Source: Anaerohalosphaeraceae bacterium (GTDB lineage: Bacteria; Planctomycetota; Phycisphaerae; Sedimentisphaerales; Anaerohalosphaeraceae). From it: a stretch of 64,000 bases of DNA. The stretch's first letter is position 1. Each line of letters opens with the position of its first letter. Below the pieces are notes generated by a model. It worked only from the letters and a program-made list of their open reading frames with translations. It did not search any database and was not told the origin of the DNA. Where the stretch lies: contig CAXXSL010000011.1 in the NCBI GenBank assembly GCA_963675525.2, positions 416,001 through 480,000 of the forward strand, given 5' to 3'. Positions 19,759 through 29,599 of the stretch are shown in pieces. The translations under genes were made by a program, and so were the position numbers.

Positions 19759-21330
19759 TTATAGTAACAGGCTCTTACCTGTCATCTCTTCGGGTTTTTC
19801 AAGACCCATCACTTCCAGCATCGTCGGAACCACATCGGCCAACCGCCCGCCTTCAGTCATCTTCCGTCCCTTGAAGTCCTCATCCACGATGATAAACGGA
19901 ACATCGCCAACCGTATGAGCCGTATAAGGCATGTTGTTTTCAAAATCCCACATCTTCTCAAAGTTGCCGTGGTCAGCCAGGATCACACAACTGCCGCCCA
20001 GCGACTTGACTTTGTCAACAACTTTGCCGACACAGGCATCCACCGTCTTGCAGGCGATGACCGCCGCTTCGAGGACACCCGTATGCCCAACCATATCCGG
20101 GTTGGCAAAGTTACAGATAACCACATCGTATTTGCCGGTATCCAACTGTTCGAGGATTTTTTCACAGACTTCATTAGCGCTCATTTCCGGCTTCATGTCA
20201 TACGTCTTGACCTTCGGTGACGGGATGATCTGACGATCCTCGCCCTCGAACGGTTCTTCCCGTCCACCGTTAAAGAAAAATGTTACATGGGCATATTTTT
20301 CGGTCTCAGCACAGCGGAATTGCGTCAGCCCCTGTTGACTAAACAGCGCCCCGGCAATGTTCGGCATCTGGTGCTTCGGCTCAAAAGCAACCTTAGCCGG
20401 GATCGTCGCGTCATACTCGGTCAGGCAGACATAGTGCACAGTCGGCCGTACCGCCCGCTCAAACCCGTCAAACGGATCGTCCACAAACGCCCGGGTGATC
20501 TCACGCGGCCGGTCACCCCGGAAGTTAAAGAAGATCACACTGTCGCCGTCTTCCACCAATGCCAGCGGTTTCCCGTCCGCATCGGTAATAGTTGTCGGCG
20601 CAACAAACTCATCCGTTTTATCATCCGCATACGTCGCTTTCATTGCTTCGACGGCGCTGCCGGCCCGGTTGCCGACACCCTGCGTCATGCAATCAAACGC
20701 TGCCTGCACACGGTCCCAGCGTTTATCCCGGTCCATCGCGTAAAACCGTCCCATCACCGTCGCAACCTTGCCGACGCCGATCTCGGCCATCTTCGCCTCG
20801 ATATCGTTCAGGTAGCCCGCCCCGCTGGTCGGCGGCGAATCACGTCCATCGGTAAAAGCGTGAAGATAAACCTCGTCCAGTCCCTTGCGTTTGGCAAACT
20901 CCAGTAAGCCGTAAAGGTGTTTCAGCAGCGAATGCACACCAATGTCACTGCAAAGCCCCATCAAGTGCAGCTTGCTGTTGTTGGTTTTGACATGCTCCAT
21001 CGCCTCATTCAGCACAGGGTTTTCAAAAAAATCGCCCTCACGGATCGCCAGTGTAATTCGAACCGAATCCTGATACACCACCCGCCCGGCGCCGATATTC
21101 TGATGCCCCACCTCGCTGTTGCCCATCGTTCCTGCCGGCAGTCCCACATCCTCGCCATAGGTCCGAATCCGGCAATTCGGATAAGTTGCCATCAATTCGG
21201 TATCCACCGGCGGATTGGCCACCTTGATGGCATTATAAGCATCTTCTTCCGGATGCGGATTATACCCCCATCCGTCACGAATAATCATCACACAGGGGCG
21301 TTTTCTGAGTGTTATTTTCTTCTCAGGCAT
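19759..21330 (-). CDS. gpmI: 2,3-bisphosphoglycerate-independent phosphoglycerate mutase
   Basis: DGWG, MGNSEVGH, DGRD, AETEKYAHVT, NPDMVGHTG. Confidence 0.97.
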   Translation of the reverse strand: MPEKKITLRKRPCVMIIRDGWGYNPHPEEDAYNAIKVANPPVDTELMATYPNCRIRTYGEDVGLPAGTMGNSEVGHQNIGAGRVVYQDSVRITLAIREGDFFENPVLNEAMEHVKTNNSKLHLMGLCSDIGVHSLLKHLYGLLEFAKRKGLDEVYLHAFTDGRDSPPTSGAGYLNDIEAKMAEIGVGKVATVMGRFYAMDRDKRWDRVQAAFDCMTQGVGNRAGSAVEAMKATYADDKTDEFVAPTTITDADGKPLALVEDGDSVIFFNFRGDRPREITRAFVDDPFDGFERAVRPTVHYVCLTEYDATIPAKVAFEPKHQMPNIAGALFSQQGLTQFRCAETEKYAHVTFFFNGGREEPFEGEDRQIIPSPKVKTYDMKPEMSANEVCEKILEQLDTGKYDVVICNFANPDMVGHTGVLEAAVIACKTVDACVGKVVDKVKSLGGSCVILADHGNFEKMWDFENNMPYTAHTVGDVPFIIVDEDFKGRKMTEGGRLADVVPTMLEVMGLEKPEEMTGKSLLL

Positions 21331-21516
21331 CGTGTCTGAACCTTTCTAAGTTATCGCCATTCGTTGAAACTCCATAGTTTGTCCATAGTAGAAAAACACA
21401 CTACCGCTGTCAATCGGTATTCCGGAATTCTACGGTTTGATGCCGTTGAAGTTCATATTTCAACAATTCGATTGACGACAGAAAGGAGCCGGTGAGGTTT
21501 TTATTCACAAAATCCA

Positions 21517-21544
21517 TTGACACAACAGGCGTTTTTGCTATAAT
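21517..21544 (+). promoter_or_regulatory. Consensus sigma70 promoter of the TPR-lspA unit
   Basis: TTGACA-16 nt-TATAAT with TG extended -10. Confidence 0.75.
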
Positions 21545-21623
21545 CACCGGCTGAAATTATCCTAATTATTTATGGAAAAATCAGACATTGGGGCCGTCGA
21601 ACACGGTTAGAAAGGTTTTTTGC

Positions 21624-22691
21624 ATGTTCACTGACAAAATTCTCAGGCATCTGTTACTTTTCGGATCATTGTTAGTCTGCATTTTATTCATTGGGTGTCA
21701 GCCGGCCCAACAGATTCCGGCCGCACCGGAGGGAATGACCTATCAAATCCCCGAAATGACCCCCGACACAGGTCTCTCCGAAGAAATGCTGATGCAGGAA
21801 CAGCGGATGCAGGCCGTCAGCCTGTACGTCGATGCCATGATGCTTAACGATCTGAACGAACGGGAAAAAGCCATCGAAAAACTGAATATGGCCGTGAGTC
21901 TGGACCCGGAATTCGCACTGGCCTTTTCGATGAAAGGCGACCTCCTTCAGGAAATGGAAGAGTTTGAAGACAGTGCCGACGCCTATGAAAAAGCCTCCCA
22001 ACTGGACCCCTGGTCCTTTAAGGATTTCTACAACCTCGGGAAAGTCTGCCAGATCATCAAACAGTTTGCCCGCGCTGTCGCCGCCTATGTCGCCGCATGC
22101 AATCTGGACGAAGAACACTACCCCGCCCACATCGGCGCCGCACAATGTTTTTACGAACTCAAAGAGTTCGACAAGTCCATGACCTACGCCGAGAAAGCAA
22201 AAGAACTGTCGCCAGGCAGTGCCGATCCGGAAAAACTGATCGGTGACCTTTTCGAAGAAAAACAGGACCATGGCCAGGCCATCAATGCTTATCGCCGAGC
22301 CCTGGAACTGGAAGGCAATCAACCGTCGATCATGGTCTCGCTGGCCCGGGCTTATTTACGCTCCGGACGCTACAGTGCGGCCAACGAATTGCTGGCCGAC
22401 GCGATCAGGATGGAACCGGACAACGGCATGGCCCATCAGTATCTCGGTTTTACACTGCTGAAGCTCAAAGACACCCAGGCGGCGATCACAAGTTATGAGC
22501 AGGCCGTGAAGATCGACGACAACGACTGGATGGCACACAAAGGACTGGGCGTTGCCTATATGCTGATGTCGATGAAAAACAGCAACGATCAAATGCTTCA
22601 GGCCAGGGCCATAGAACAATGGAATATCTCCCTGCAGATCAAAGACGATCAACCCAAGCTCAGGAAACTTCTGGAGCATTATACGAACTAA
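21624..22691 (+). CDS. Tetratricopeptide-repeat lipoprotein
   Basis: Lipobox FIGC, multiple TPR repeats; ATG 21624 after GAAAGG. Confidence 0.85.
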   Translation: MFTDKILRHLLLFGSLLVCILFIGCQPAQQIPAAPEGMTYQIPEMTPDTGLSEEMLMQEQRMQAVSLYVDAMMLNDLNEREKAIEKLNMAVSLDPEFALAFSMKGDLLQEMEEFEDSADAYEKASQLDPWSFKDFYNLGKVCQIIKQFARAVAAYVAACNLDEEHYPAHIGAAQCFYELKEFDKSMTYAEKAKELSPGSADPEKLIGDLFEEKQDHGQAINAYRRALELEGNQPSIMVSLARAYLRSGRYSAANELLADAIRMEPDNGMAHQYLGFTLLKLKDTQAAITSYEQAVKIDDNDWMAHKGLGVAYMLMSMKNSNDQMLQARAIEQWNISLQIKDDQPKLRKLLEHYTN

Positions 22692-22706
22692 ACCCGGGAT
22701 GGCCCA

Positions 22707-23264
22707 ATGACCCAAAACAATCATAAACCGCAGGCGTCGTTCTGCGCCCCTGTGCCGTGGCTGACAGCGGCTTTATTGTTCTGGCCGGTGGCCCTGGGCG
22801 GTGCCGCTGTCGACCTCTGGTCCAAGTCCGCCGTCTTTGAATGGCTCAGTCAGGCTGATTGGCCGGAGTATTCGATCATCGACGGCTTTTTTCAATTTAT
22901 TCTCCGGGAAAATACCGGAGCCGCGTTCAGCGCATTTCAGGGCTGGACCGTATTTTTGATCACGATTTCATGTGTCGCACTGGTCGTAGTCGTCGGCATT
23001 TTCTTTTCACATAAAGTCACCAGCAAGCTGGTCCTGTTCGCAATGGGCTGCATCACCGCCGGCATCATCGGCAACCTGTATGACCGGATGTTCAACGAGG
23101 GACGGGTGCGGGATTTTATCGATGTATATGTCGGCAATTACCACTGGCCGACCTTCAACGTCGCCGATTCACTGCTGTGCGTCGGCGTCGGCGTGCTGAT
23201 CATTTCAAACTTTATATCGCCAACTGGTCAAAAACGTGATCTTCCACAAAAAGAGGAACATTAA
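22707..23264 (+). CDS. lspA: Lipoprotein signal peptidase II
   Basis: NTGAAFS, GNLYDR, VRDFI, WPTFNVAD. Confidence 0.95.
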   Translation: MTQNNHKPQASFCAPVPWLTAALLFWPVALGGAAVDLWSKSAVFEWLSQADWPEYSIIDGFFQFILRENTGAAFSAFQGWTVFLITISCVALVVVVGIFFSHKVTSKLVLFAMGCITAGIIGNLYDRMFNEGRVRDFIDVYVGNYHWPTFNVADSLLCVGVGVLIISNFISPTGQKRDLPQKEEH

Positions 23265-23610
23265 GCCCCACTGCCAGCGCTATCGCATCTGACGGCCGGC
23301 TGTCGATCTCGATCGGCGTATTACCCTGCTTGACATGGATCGTCGCGTAAAATGTATGTTCTCGCAGGTCGCTGACTACCACCTTCTGGACAAGGCCACC
23401 CATTTCTTTGATGGTACAGGCTAGCAGGTCGTGGGTCAGAGGTCGCGGCAGCGCGATGCCCTTGAGTCGCCGGTCGATGGCTAATATCTCGGGCATTCCG
23501 ATGACGATCGGAAACGCCCGCCGCAAACCGCCTAATTCCCGCAGGACAACGACCTGCTGATCGGCCTCTTCATTAATAATGATTTGTGCAAGCTCAACTG
23601 CAACTTCCAT
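23212..23610 (-). CDS. Bifunctional nuclease family protein (DUF151)
   Basis: FPIVIG, RPLTHDL, IDSRPSDAIALA. Confidence 0.9.
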   Translation of the reverse strand: MEVAVELAQIIINEEADQQVVVLRELGGLRRAFPIVIGMPEILAIDRRLKGIALPRPLTHDLLACTIKEMGGLVQKVVVSDLREHTFYATIHVKQGNTPIEIDSRPSDAIALAVGLNVPLFVEDHVFDQLAI

Positions 23611-23651
23611 CGTGTTCCAACCTGCCTTTCCGGCATCGATTCTCACACGTC

Positions 23652-23707
23652 GTCATTCTGAGCGATAGCGAAGAATCTATTTAAACAGTTTCGCCAAAGG
23701 CGAATCC
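23652..23707. repeat. REP-like palindromic repeat, family A copy 1
   Basis: GTCATTCTGAGCGATAGCGAAGAATCTATTTAAACAGTTTCGCCAAAGGCGAATCC; similar copies at 26931, 31737, 37453. Confidence 0.8.
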
Positions 23708-23734
23708 TTATTATTGCTGTTTGATTTCTAATAT

Positions 23735-26700
23735 TTACTCTAATTCTTCAAGGTGCTTTTCAATCGCTGCAAGCTGGTCCTGCAATTCGGTCAGCTTCTG
23801 ACGGCTCTGTTCGACCACCTCCGGCTTGGCCCGGCTGGTAAAGTTTTCATTGCCCAGCTTGGCGGCCAGCGGCGCGATGCCCTTCTCGACAAATTCTTTC
23901 TGCTTCTGCAGACGTTTTCGTTCTTCGTCCGGGTCGATCACATCATGCACATACACCTGCACCTCGCCGGCCACCACCGCGGCGGCATTTTCCGGCTTGT
24001 CAAGATCGGCGGCAATGTCAAACGGCTCAACACCCGCAAGCTGGGCGATCAACGCTGCATTTGCCTTTAATAATTGACACATCGCATCCGACGCACTGGC
24101 CGAGGCGGCCACTTTTTTCGACGGTGCAATGTTATACTGGCTGCGTACTTCACGAATCGAACGAATCACCGTCTGCACAATCCCAATTTGCCGTTCGGTT
24201 TCTTCATCGATACAGCCTTCGACACACTCCGGCCACGCCGATACCATGATCGAATCGGCCGCCGTTAATTCCATGATCCCCTTCAACCCACGCTGCGGAG
24301 AAATCGAGTTGAGATTCTGAAAAATGCCTTCGGTAATAAACGGCACAAACGGGTGCAATAGCCGCAGCGTCTGGTCCAGCACGAATGCCAGCACATTTTG
24401 AGCAATGGGTTTTTGTGCGTCATTCAGCATCCGCGGCTTGGTCCATTCCAGATACCAGTCGCAGAAATCATTCCAGAAGAATTTATAAATTTCGTCCAGC
24501 GGCTCTTTATATTTAAAGTCTTTCAGGCCGTCTGTCGTCGCCGCAACGGTTTTCATCAGCCGCGACAAAATCCATTTATCGGTTACATCTAATTTCGCCG
24601 CGTCAAACGCCGCAATGTCCGTCCCTTCCAGGTTCAGCATCGCAAACCGAGAGGCGTTCCACAGCTTGTTACAGAAATTCCGTCCGTTGTCAAACTTCGG
24701 CGAACTGTTGACCGTCCGCCCGTCCGGCAGTTCGATCGCCGCCACCGGCATCCGTACATCCTGCGTATCCGTCGTCATACTCGCCAGCGTAAACCGCATC
24801 GCGTCGGCACCGTGGCTGTCGATCGCCACCAACGGGTCGATCCCGTTGCCGAGACTCTTGCTCATCTTGCGCCCCTGCCCGTCCTGGATCATCGCGTGAA
24901 TATACACATCGCTGAACGGAATATCGCCGATGCAGTACTGCCCCATCATCACCATCCGCGACACCCACAGCGTAATGATTTCGCGAGCCGTGCATAACAC
25001 CTGCGTCGGATAGAATTTCTCCAGCGTCGCATTCTCATCCGGCCACCCCATCGTACTAAACGGCCACAAGGCAGAAGAAAACCACGTATCCAAAACATCC
25101 TCATCGCGAACAATTATGTCATCTACATATTTTTCAAGAAAAATTAAAACATCGCCTGCGTGTGCTTGAATTGTATTTGGAGTAATATCTGGCCCATCTG
25201 AAGGATATGCAATTTGTTTGCTATATTCAGAAATATCATTTAGCAACCGATCGTCTTGTGCATCACTAAGGCAAATGTAAACAATATGTGAATCGTTTTC
25301 TTTTCTATATGACCAAACCTTTCCAATACATCCACATTTCTTCAACAAAGAAGTAAGATCGCCAACTACTTCTTTATATTTCCTATCATCAGGCAATGTA
25401 AAATTCCACACCGGTATCTGATGTCCCCACCAAAGCTGTCGGCTGATGGGCCAGTCGCGCAGGTTCTCCAGCCAGAGCTGATAATTTTTCGTATACCGTT
25501 CGGGAATAAACCGCAGTTTATTTTCAAGCAGCGGCTTCAGCGCCAGCCCCGCCAACGAATTCACCGGCACATCCGTTTCTTTAATATAGGTAACACCCTC
25601 ACGCTTTTCAGTTTCACATCGTCCATCGTCAATCGTCAATCGACAATCGTCAATCTCTTTCTTCACAGCAATATACCACTGGTCCGACAAATACGGCTCG
25701 ATCGGCACATGACTGCGATAGCTGTGCCCCACCTCATGCGCATAATCGCGAACCTCTTCCAGTAAATCTTCCGTCCGGAACCAATCAACGATCGCCTCCC
25801 TCGCCTCAAACCGGTCCATCCCCAGCAGGTTCTGCGCTTCCGGCGAATCGGCATCGTCCCAGCCGTGCTTATCGCTGATGGACCCGTCCGGCGCCATCAC
25901 GTTAATCACGTCCAAATCATGCCGCTGCCCGATCTGCCAGTCGTCCGGGTCATGCGCGGGCGTCACCTTCAAAAAGCCGGTCGAAAATTTCGCCTTCTCA
26001 TCGTCGCTGTCCGGATTCGGCAGCACCACATGCTCATCGGCGATAATCGGTATCAGCCGCCCCACGATCGGCAGCCGTACCATCTTGCCCACCAGCGCTG
26101 TCGCCCGCGGGTCCGCCGGATTCATCGCCACTGCCGTATCACCCAGCATCGTCTCCGGCCGCGTCGTCGCAACCGTCACATGTTCAACCGACTTACCGTC
26201 AATTATCACCGGCGTTTGTAAGGGATACTGCAAATACCAGAAAAATCCCTGCACGTTCTGATGTTCGACCTCATCATCGGCCAAAACCGTCTGCGTCGCC
26301 GGGTCCCAGTTCACCAGCCGCTTGCCGCGATAGATCAGGCCGTCTTTAAACAGGTTAAAGAAATTCGTCCGTACCGCCTTGGCGCACACCTCATCCATCG
26401 TAAACCGCGTCCGCTGCCAGTCGCACGAACACCCCATGCTCTTAAGCTGCCCCAGAATGCACGCCTCGTACTCATCCTTCCACGACTGCACCTTCTCAAT
26501 GAATTGCTCCCGCCCGTTTTCGCCCCGCTCCTGCATTTGTTTATAATCCACCAGCGCCGGTTTGCCTTCGGCCCGCAGCCGTTTATCCACCACCGTCTGC
26601 GTAGCAATGCCCGCGTGGTCCGTGCCCGGCATCCACAGCGTCGCATAGCCCTGCATCCGTTTCCAGCGAATCAAGATGTCCTGCAGCGTATTGTTCAGCG

Positions 26701-26869
26701 CGTGTCCCAAGTGCAGCGCCGCAGTCACATTCGGCGGCGGGATCACGATCGCATACGATGGACTGTTCGCCATCTCATCCGCGTGAAAATAATGCCCCGC
26801 TTCCCAAAGTGCCGCGGCCTGAGCCTCCACCGCCGTCGAATCATAAATTGTCGGTATTTCGCGTGTCAT
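23735..26869 (-). CDS. valS: Valine--tRNA ligase with in-frame insertions
   Basis: PPPNVTAALHLGH, ATTRPET, DWPISRQLWWGH, DVLDTWFSS, KMSKS, C-terminal coiled coil. Confidence 0.97.
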   Translation of the reverse strand: MTREIPTIYDSTAVEAQAAALWEAGHYFHADEMANSPSYAIVIPPPNVTAALHLGHALNNTLQDILIRWKRMQGYATLWMPGTDHAGIATQTVVDKRLRAEGKPALVDYKQMQERGENGREQFIEKVQSWKDEYEACILGQLKSMGCSCDWQRTRFTMDEVCAKAVRTNFFNLFKDGLIYRGKRLVNWDPATQTVLADDEVEHQNVQGFFWYLQYPLQTPVIIDGKSVEHVTVATTRPETMLGDTAVAMNPADPRATALVGKMVRLPIVGRLIPIIADEHVVLPNPDSDDEKAKFSTGFLKVTPAHDPDDWQIGQRHDLDVINVMAPDGSISDKHGWDDADSPEAQNLLGMDRFEAREAIVDWFRTEDLLEEVRDYAHEVGHSYRSHVPIEPYLSDQWYIAVKKEIDDCRLTIDDGRCETEKREGVTYIKETDVPVNSLAGLALKPLLENKLRFIPERYTKNYQLWLENLRDWPISRQLWWGHQIPVWNFTLPDDRKYKEVVGDLTSLLKKCGCIGKVWSYRKENDSHIVYICLSDAQDDRLLNDISEYSKQIAYPSDGPDITPNTIQAHAGDVLIFLEKYVDDIIVRDEDVLDTWFSSALWPFSTMGWPDENATLEKFYPTQVLCTAREIITLWVSRMVMMGQYCIGDIPFSDVYIHAMIQDGQGRKMSKSLGNGIDPLVAIDSHGADAMRFTLASMTTDTQDVRMPVAAIELPDGRTVNSSPKFDNGRNFCNKLWNASRFAMLNLEGTDIAAFDAAKLDVTDKWILSRLMKTVAATTDGLKDFKYKEPLDEIYKFFWNDFCDWYLEWTKPRMLNDAQKPIAQNVLAFVLDQTLRLLHPFVPFITEGIFQNLNSISPQRGLKGIMELTAADSIMVSAWPECVEGCIDEETERQIGIVQTVIRSIREVRSQYNIAPSKKVAASASASDAMCQLLKANAALIAQLAGVEPFDIAADLDKPENAAAVVAGEVQVYVHDVIDPDEERKRLQKQKEFVEKGIAPLAAKLGNENFTSRAKPEVVEQSRQKLTELQDQLAAIEKHLEELE

Positions 26870-26930
26870 TTTGTATCCTATTTTTGTTTCCTGCCAACTC
26901 CAACACCGTCATCTCCGAATGAAACACACT

Positions 26931-26987
26931 GTCATTCCGAACGAATGTGAGGAATCTATTTAAACAGCTATCGCCGAAGGCGATTCC
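26931..26987. repeat. REP-like palindromic repeat, family A copy 2
   Basis: GTCATTCCGAACGAATGTGAGGAATCTATTTAAACAGCTATCGCCGAAGGCGATTCC. Confidence 0.8.
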
Positions 26988-26996
26988 ATATTTCTT

Positions 26997-27024
26997 GTCC
27001 TGCCATAGCCTTGGCGACGGCGGA
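26997..27024. repeat. Short palindromic repeat, family B
   Basis: GTCCTGCCATAGCCTTGGCGACGGCGGA; related copy GTCCGTCGTAGCTTCAGCGAAGATGA at 36908-36933. Confidence 0.55.
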
Positions 27025-27062
27025 TTGCTCTTTAATCTTTAATTTTTAATATCTCTTCAAAT

Positions 27063-27093
27063 AAAAAGTCCCGGCCAAACACGACCGGGACTT
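27063..27093 (-). terminator. Intrinsic terminator after rho
   Basis: GTCCCGG/CCGGGAC stem followed by a T-run on the minus strand. Confidence 0.7.
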
Positions 27094-27126
27094 GTATTGT
27101 AACCATTTTCACAACCGTGTAAAGCG

Positions 27127-28593
27127 TTAATCGAGCTTCAGCGTCATCAGGAATTCTGCGTTCGAACGCGTCTTGCTCAGCCGGTTCTTGAGCAACTCGA
27201 CCGACTCAACCATGTTCATTTCACTGAGCACCTTACGCAGCCTGTACACCAGTTCCAGTTCGCGGGCATCCAGCAGCAATTCTTCACGCCGCGTGCCGCT
27301 CTTGCTGATGTCGATGGCCGGGAACGTTCGCCGCTCGACCAGTTTGCGGTCCAAATGCAGTTCCATGTTACCGGTCGCCTTGAACTCTTCAAAGATCACC
27401 TCGTCCATCTTCGAGCCGGTATCCACCAGCGCCGTCGCGATGATCGTCAGCGAGCCGCCGTTCTCGATATTACGGGCGGCCCCGAAGAACCGCTTGGGCA
27501 TCTGCATGGCATTGGCATCGACACCACCGGTCAGGATCTTGCCGGAGTGAGGCATCTCCGTATTGTACGCACGGGCCAGACGCGTGATCGAATCCAGCAG
27601 GATCACGACATCCTCGCCGTACTCCACCATACGCTTGGCCTTTTCGATCACCATCTCGGCAACCTGGCAGTGACGCGAGGTCGGTTCATCAAACGTCGAA
27701 CTGATTACCTCAACATCCTTGCTGGTCTTGCGCTCCATGTCGGTCACTTCTTCCGGCCGCTCGTCGATCAGCAGAACGATCAGCTTCACTTCCGGGTGAT
27801 TCGTACTGATGGCATTGGCCATCTTCTGCAGCAGCACCGTCTTGCCCGTACGCGGCGGAGCCACGATCAGGCCGCGCTGGCCCTTGCCGATCGGCGTCAC
27901 CAGGTCGATGATTCGCATCCCCAGTTCTTCCGGTACGGTCTCGAGCATCAGCCGTTCTTCAGCGTGCAGCGGCGTCAGATCACGGAACACCACCTTCTCA
28001 GCCAGTTTGTCAGGCTCCTGGTAGTTGATCGCCTCAACGCGAAGCAGCGCAAAATACTTCTCGCTTTCCTTCGGCGGGCGGATCTGCCCCTGAACAATGT
28101 TACCGCTTTGCAATCCGAACCGGCGAATCTGCGACGGCGACACATACACATCGTCCGGCGAGGCCAGGTAGTTATATTTAGGGCTCCGCAGGAAACCAAA
28201 CCCGTCCGGCAATATCTCCAGAACACCTTCCCCGTACATCAGCCCTTCCTGGCGAATGCGTTCCTTGAGAATGCGGAAGATCAACTGCTGCTTGGTCATG
28301 CCGATATAATCGCCGATGCCCTCCTTCTTGGCCATGCTGTGAAGCTCGGTCACTTCCAGATTCTGCAAGTCGGTAATATGCAGGTTACCGCGTTTGATCC
28401 GCTCATATTTGGCGTGAGTGGATTCTTCCTCGGTCATTTCCTTCGTGGGTTCAGCGCCGTTAGACTCGGTCTGGCCGTTGGCCATTTCTTCACCGGGTGC
28501 CGCTTCGGTTTGGGGTTCATCCTGAGGTGTTACCTCCTCGGTTTTCTTCGGGGCTGTCTTTTTTTTGCGCGTTTTTGCCGTTGTCTTGGCCAT
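27127..28593 (-). CDS. rho: Transcription termination factor Rho
   Basis: [47 protein letters not shown]. Confidence 0.98.
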   Translation of the reverse strand: MAKTTAKTRKKKTAPKKTEEVTPQDEPQTEAAPGEEMANGQTESNGAEPTKEMTEEESTHAKYERIKRGNLHITDLQNLEVTELHSMAKKEGIGDYIGMTKQQLIFRILKERIRQEGLMYGEGVLEILPDGFGFLRSPKYNYLASPDDVYVSPSQIRRFGLQSGNIVQGQIRPPKESEKYFALLRVEAINYQEPDKLAEKVVFRDLTPLHAEERLMLETVPEELGMRIIDLVTPIGKGQRGLIVAPPRTGKTVLLQKMANAISTNHPEVKLIVLLIDERPEEVTDMERKTSKDVEVISSTFDEPTSRHCQVAEMVIEKAKRMVEYGEDVVILLDSITRLARAYNTEMPHSGKILTGGVDANAMQMPKRFFGAARNIENGGSLTIIATALVDTGSKMDEVIFEEFKATGNMELHLDRKLVERRTFPAIDISKSGTRREELLLDARELELVYRLRKVLSEMNMVESVELLKNRLSKTRSNAEFLMTLKLD

Positions 28594-28880
28594 TTTTTCT
28601 CCTTGTTAAAGAAAAAAGATTGTATCTGTTGCTATTTATCGTCCTGCAAAGTTAAGAATACAGGAAATGGTTTTATCTATTCAGTAGGCTAATATTATCA
28701 GGAAGTCAACTTCCGCCGTCATGGGTCCCCAACAGTGCTGATTACGACATAACGAATGGGGAAATTTGTGTTGTTTATTTCTCCGTGGAATCCGTTCGGG
28801 CCTTAAATCCTAATTGTTTATCAGCTTTTCACTCTTGGCGTAACAGTTTCCCCCACCGGGCCATCAAAACTGATACGATA

Positions 28881-29483
28881 CTAATTTGTAATGCAGGAAA
28901 AGATTTGAGCGACCTGCTCCGTTACCTCTGAAATCTCAGAATTGTTATGAACACTATAATGTGCGATTTCTTTCTTTTTGTCCAGAGAAATTTGATATTT
29001 TTCACGTTTTTTTAGCTGACTTGCATCTATTTTACCTTTTTTGAGACTTCTTTCCAGCCTTTTTTGACTCTCGCAGTCCACGAAAATCAGAAAATCGCAT
29101 TTTTTTTCCCAGCCCACCTCCATCAGCAGCGGCATATCCAGGACGATTCCGGCTGCGGCCGCATCCGCCTGATACTGCACGATGAACCCCTCACATAATT
29201 GCAAAACCCGCGGGTGGATCAGCCCATTGAGGAAATCGATTCCCGCCGGATCGTCAAAGACCCGCCGCCCCAGTGCTTCGCGGTCGACCACGCCCTCTGC
29301 CGTTAATACCGCCGGACCGAACCGCCGGACCACCGCCGCGGTAACCTCCGGCTCATTCAGCACACCGTGCGCCAAAGTATCCGCTTCGATAACCGCACAC
29401 CCCAGCACACCAAACGCTGCCGCGACCATACTTTTGCCCGAACCAATCCCCCCCAATATGCCAATAACAGGTTTTGTCGTCAT
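28881..29483 (-). CDS. coaE: Dephospho-CoA kinase
   Basis: GILGGIGSGKS, DREALG, LIHP, DMPLL. Confidence 0.93.
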   Translation of the reverse strand: MTTKPVIGILGGIGSGKSMVAAAFGVLGCAVIEADTLAHGVLNEPEVTAAVVRRFGPAVLTAEGVVDREALGRRVFDDPAGIDFLNGLIHPRVLQLCEGFIVQYQADAAAAGIVLDMPLLMEVGWEKKCDFLIFVDCESQKRLERSLKKGKIDASQLKKREKYQISLDKKKEIAHYSVHNNSEISEVTEQVAQIFSCITN

Positions 29484-29599
29484 CCCGATATCTTAGCCGC
29501 AATCCAAAAACCGTCAACTGAAAACGCACAACAGGCCAATATTAAAGGGAATACAGAAATGTAGGAATGTAGTCCGGAGCCCTGAATGGGTTCGGCCGT

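Noticed and set aside
25109..25405. Intein or intron in valS
   Set aside because: No N-terminal Cys/Ser or C-terminal His-Asn followed by Cys/Ser/Thr, no LAGLIDADG motif, and the frame is open.
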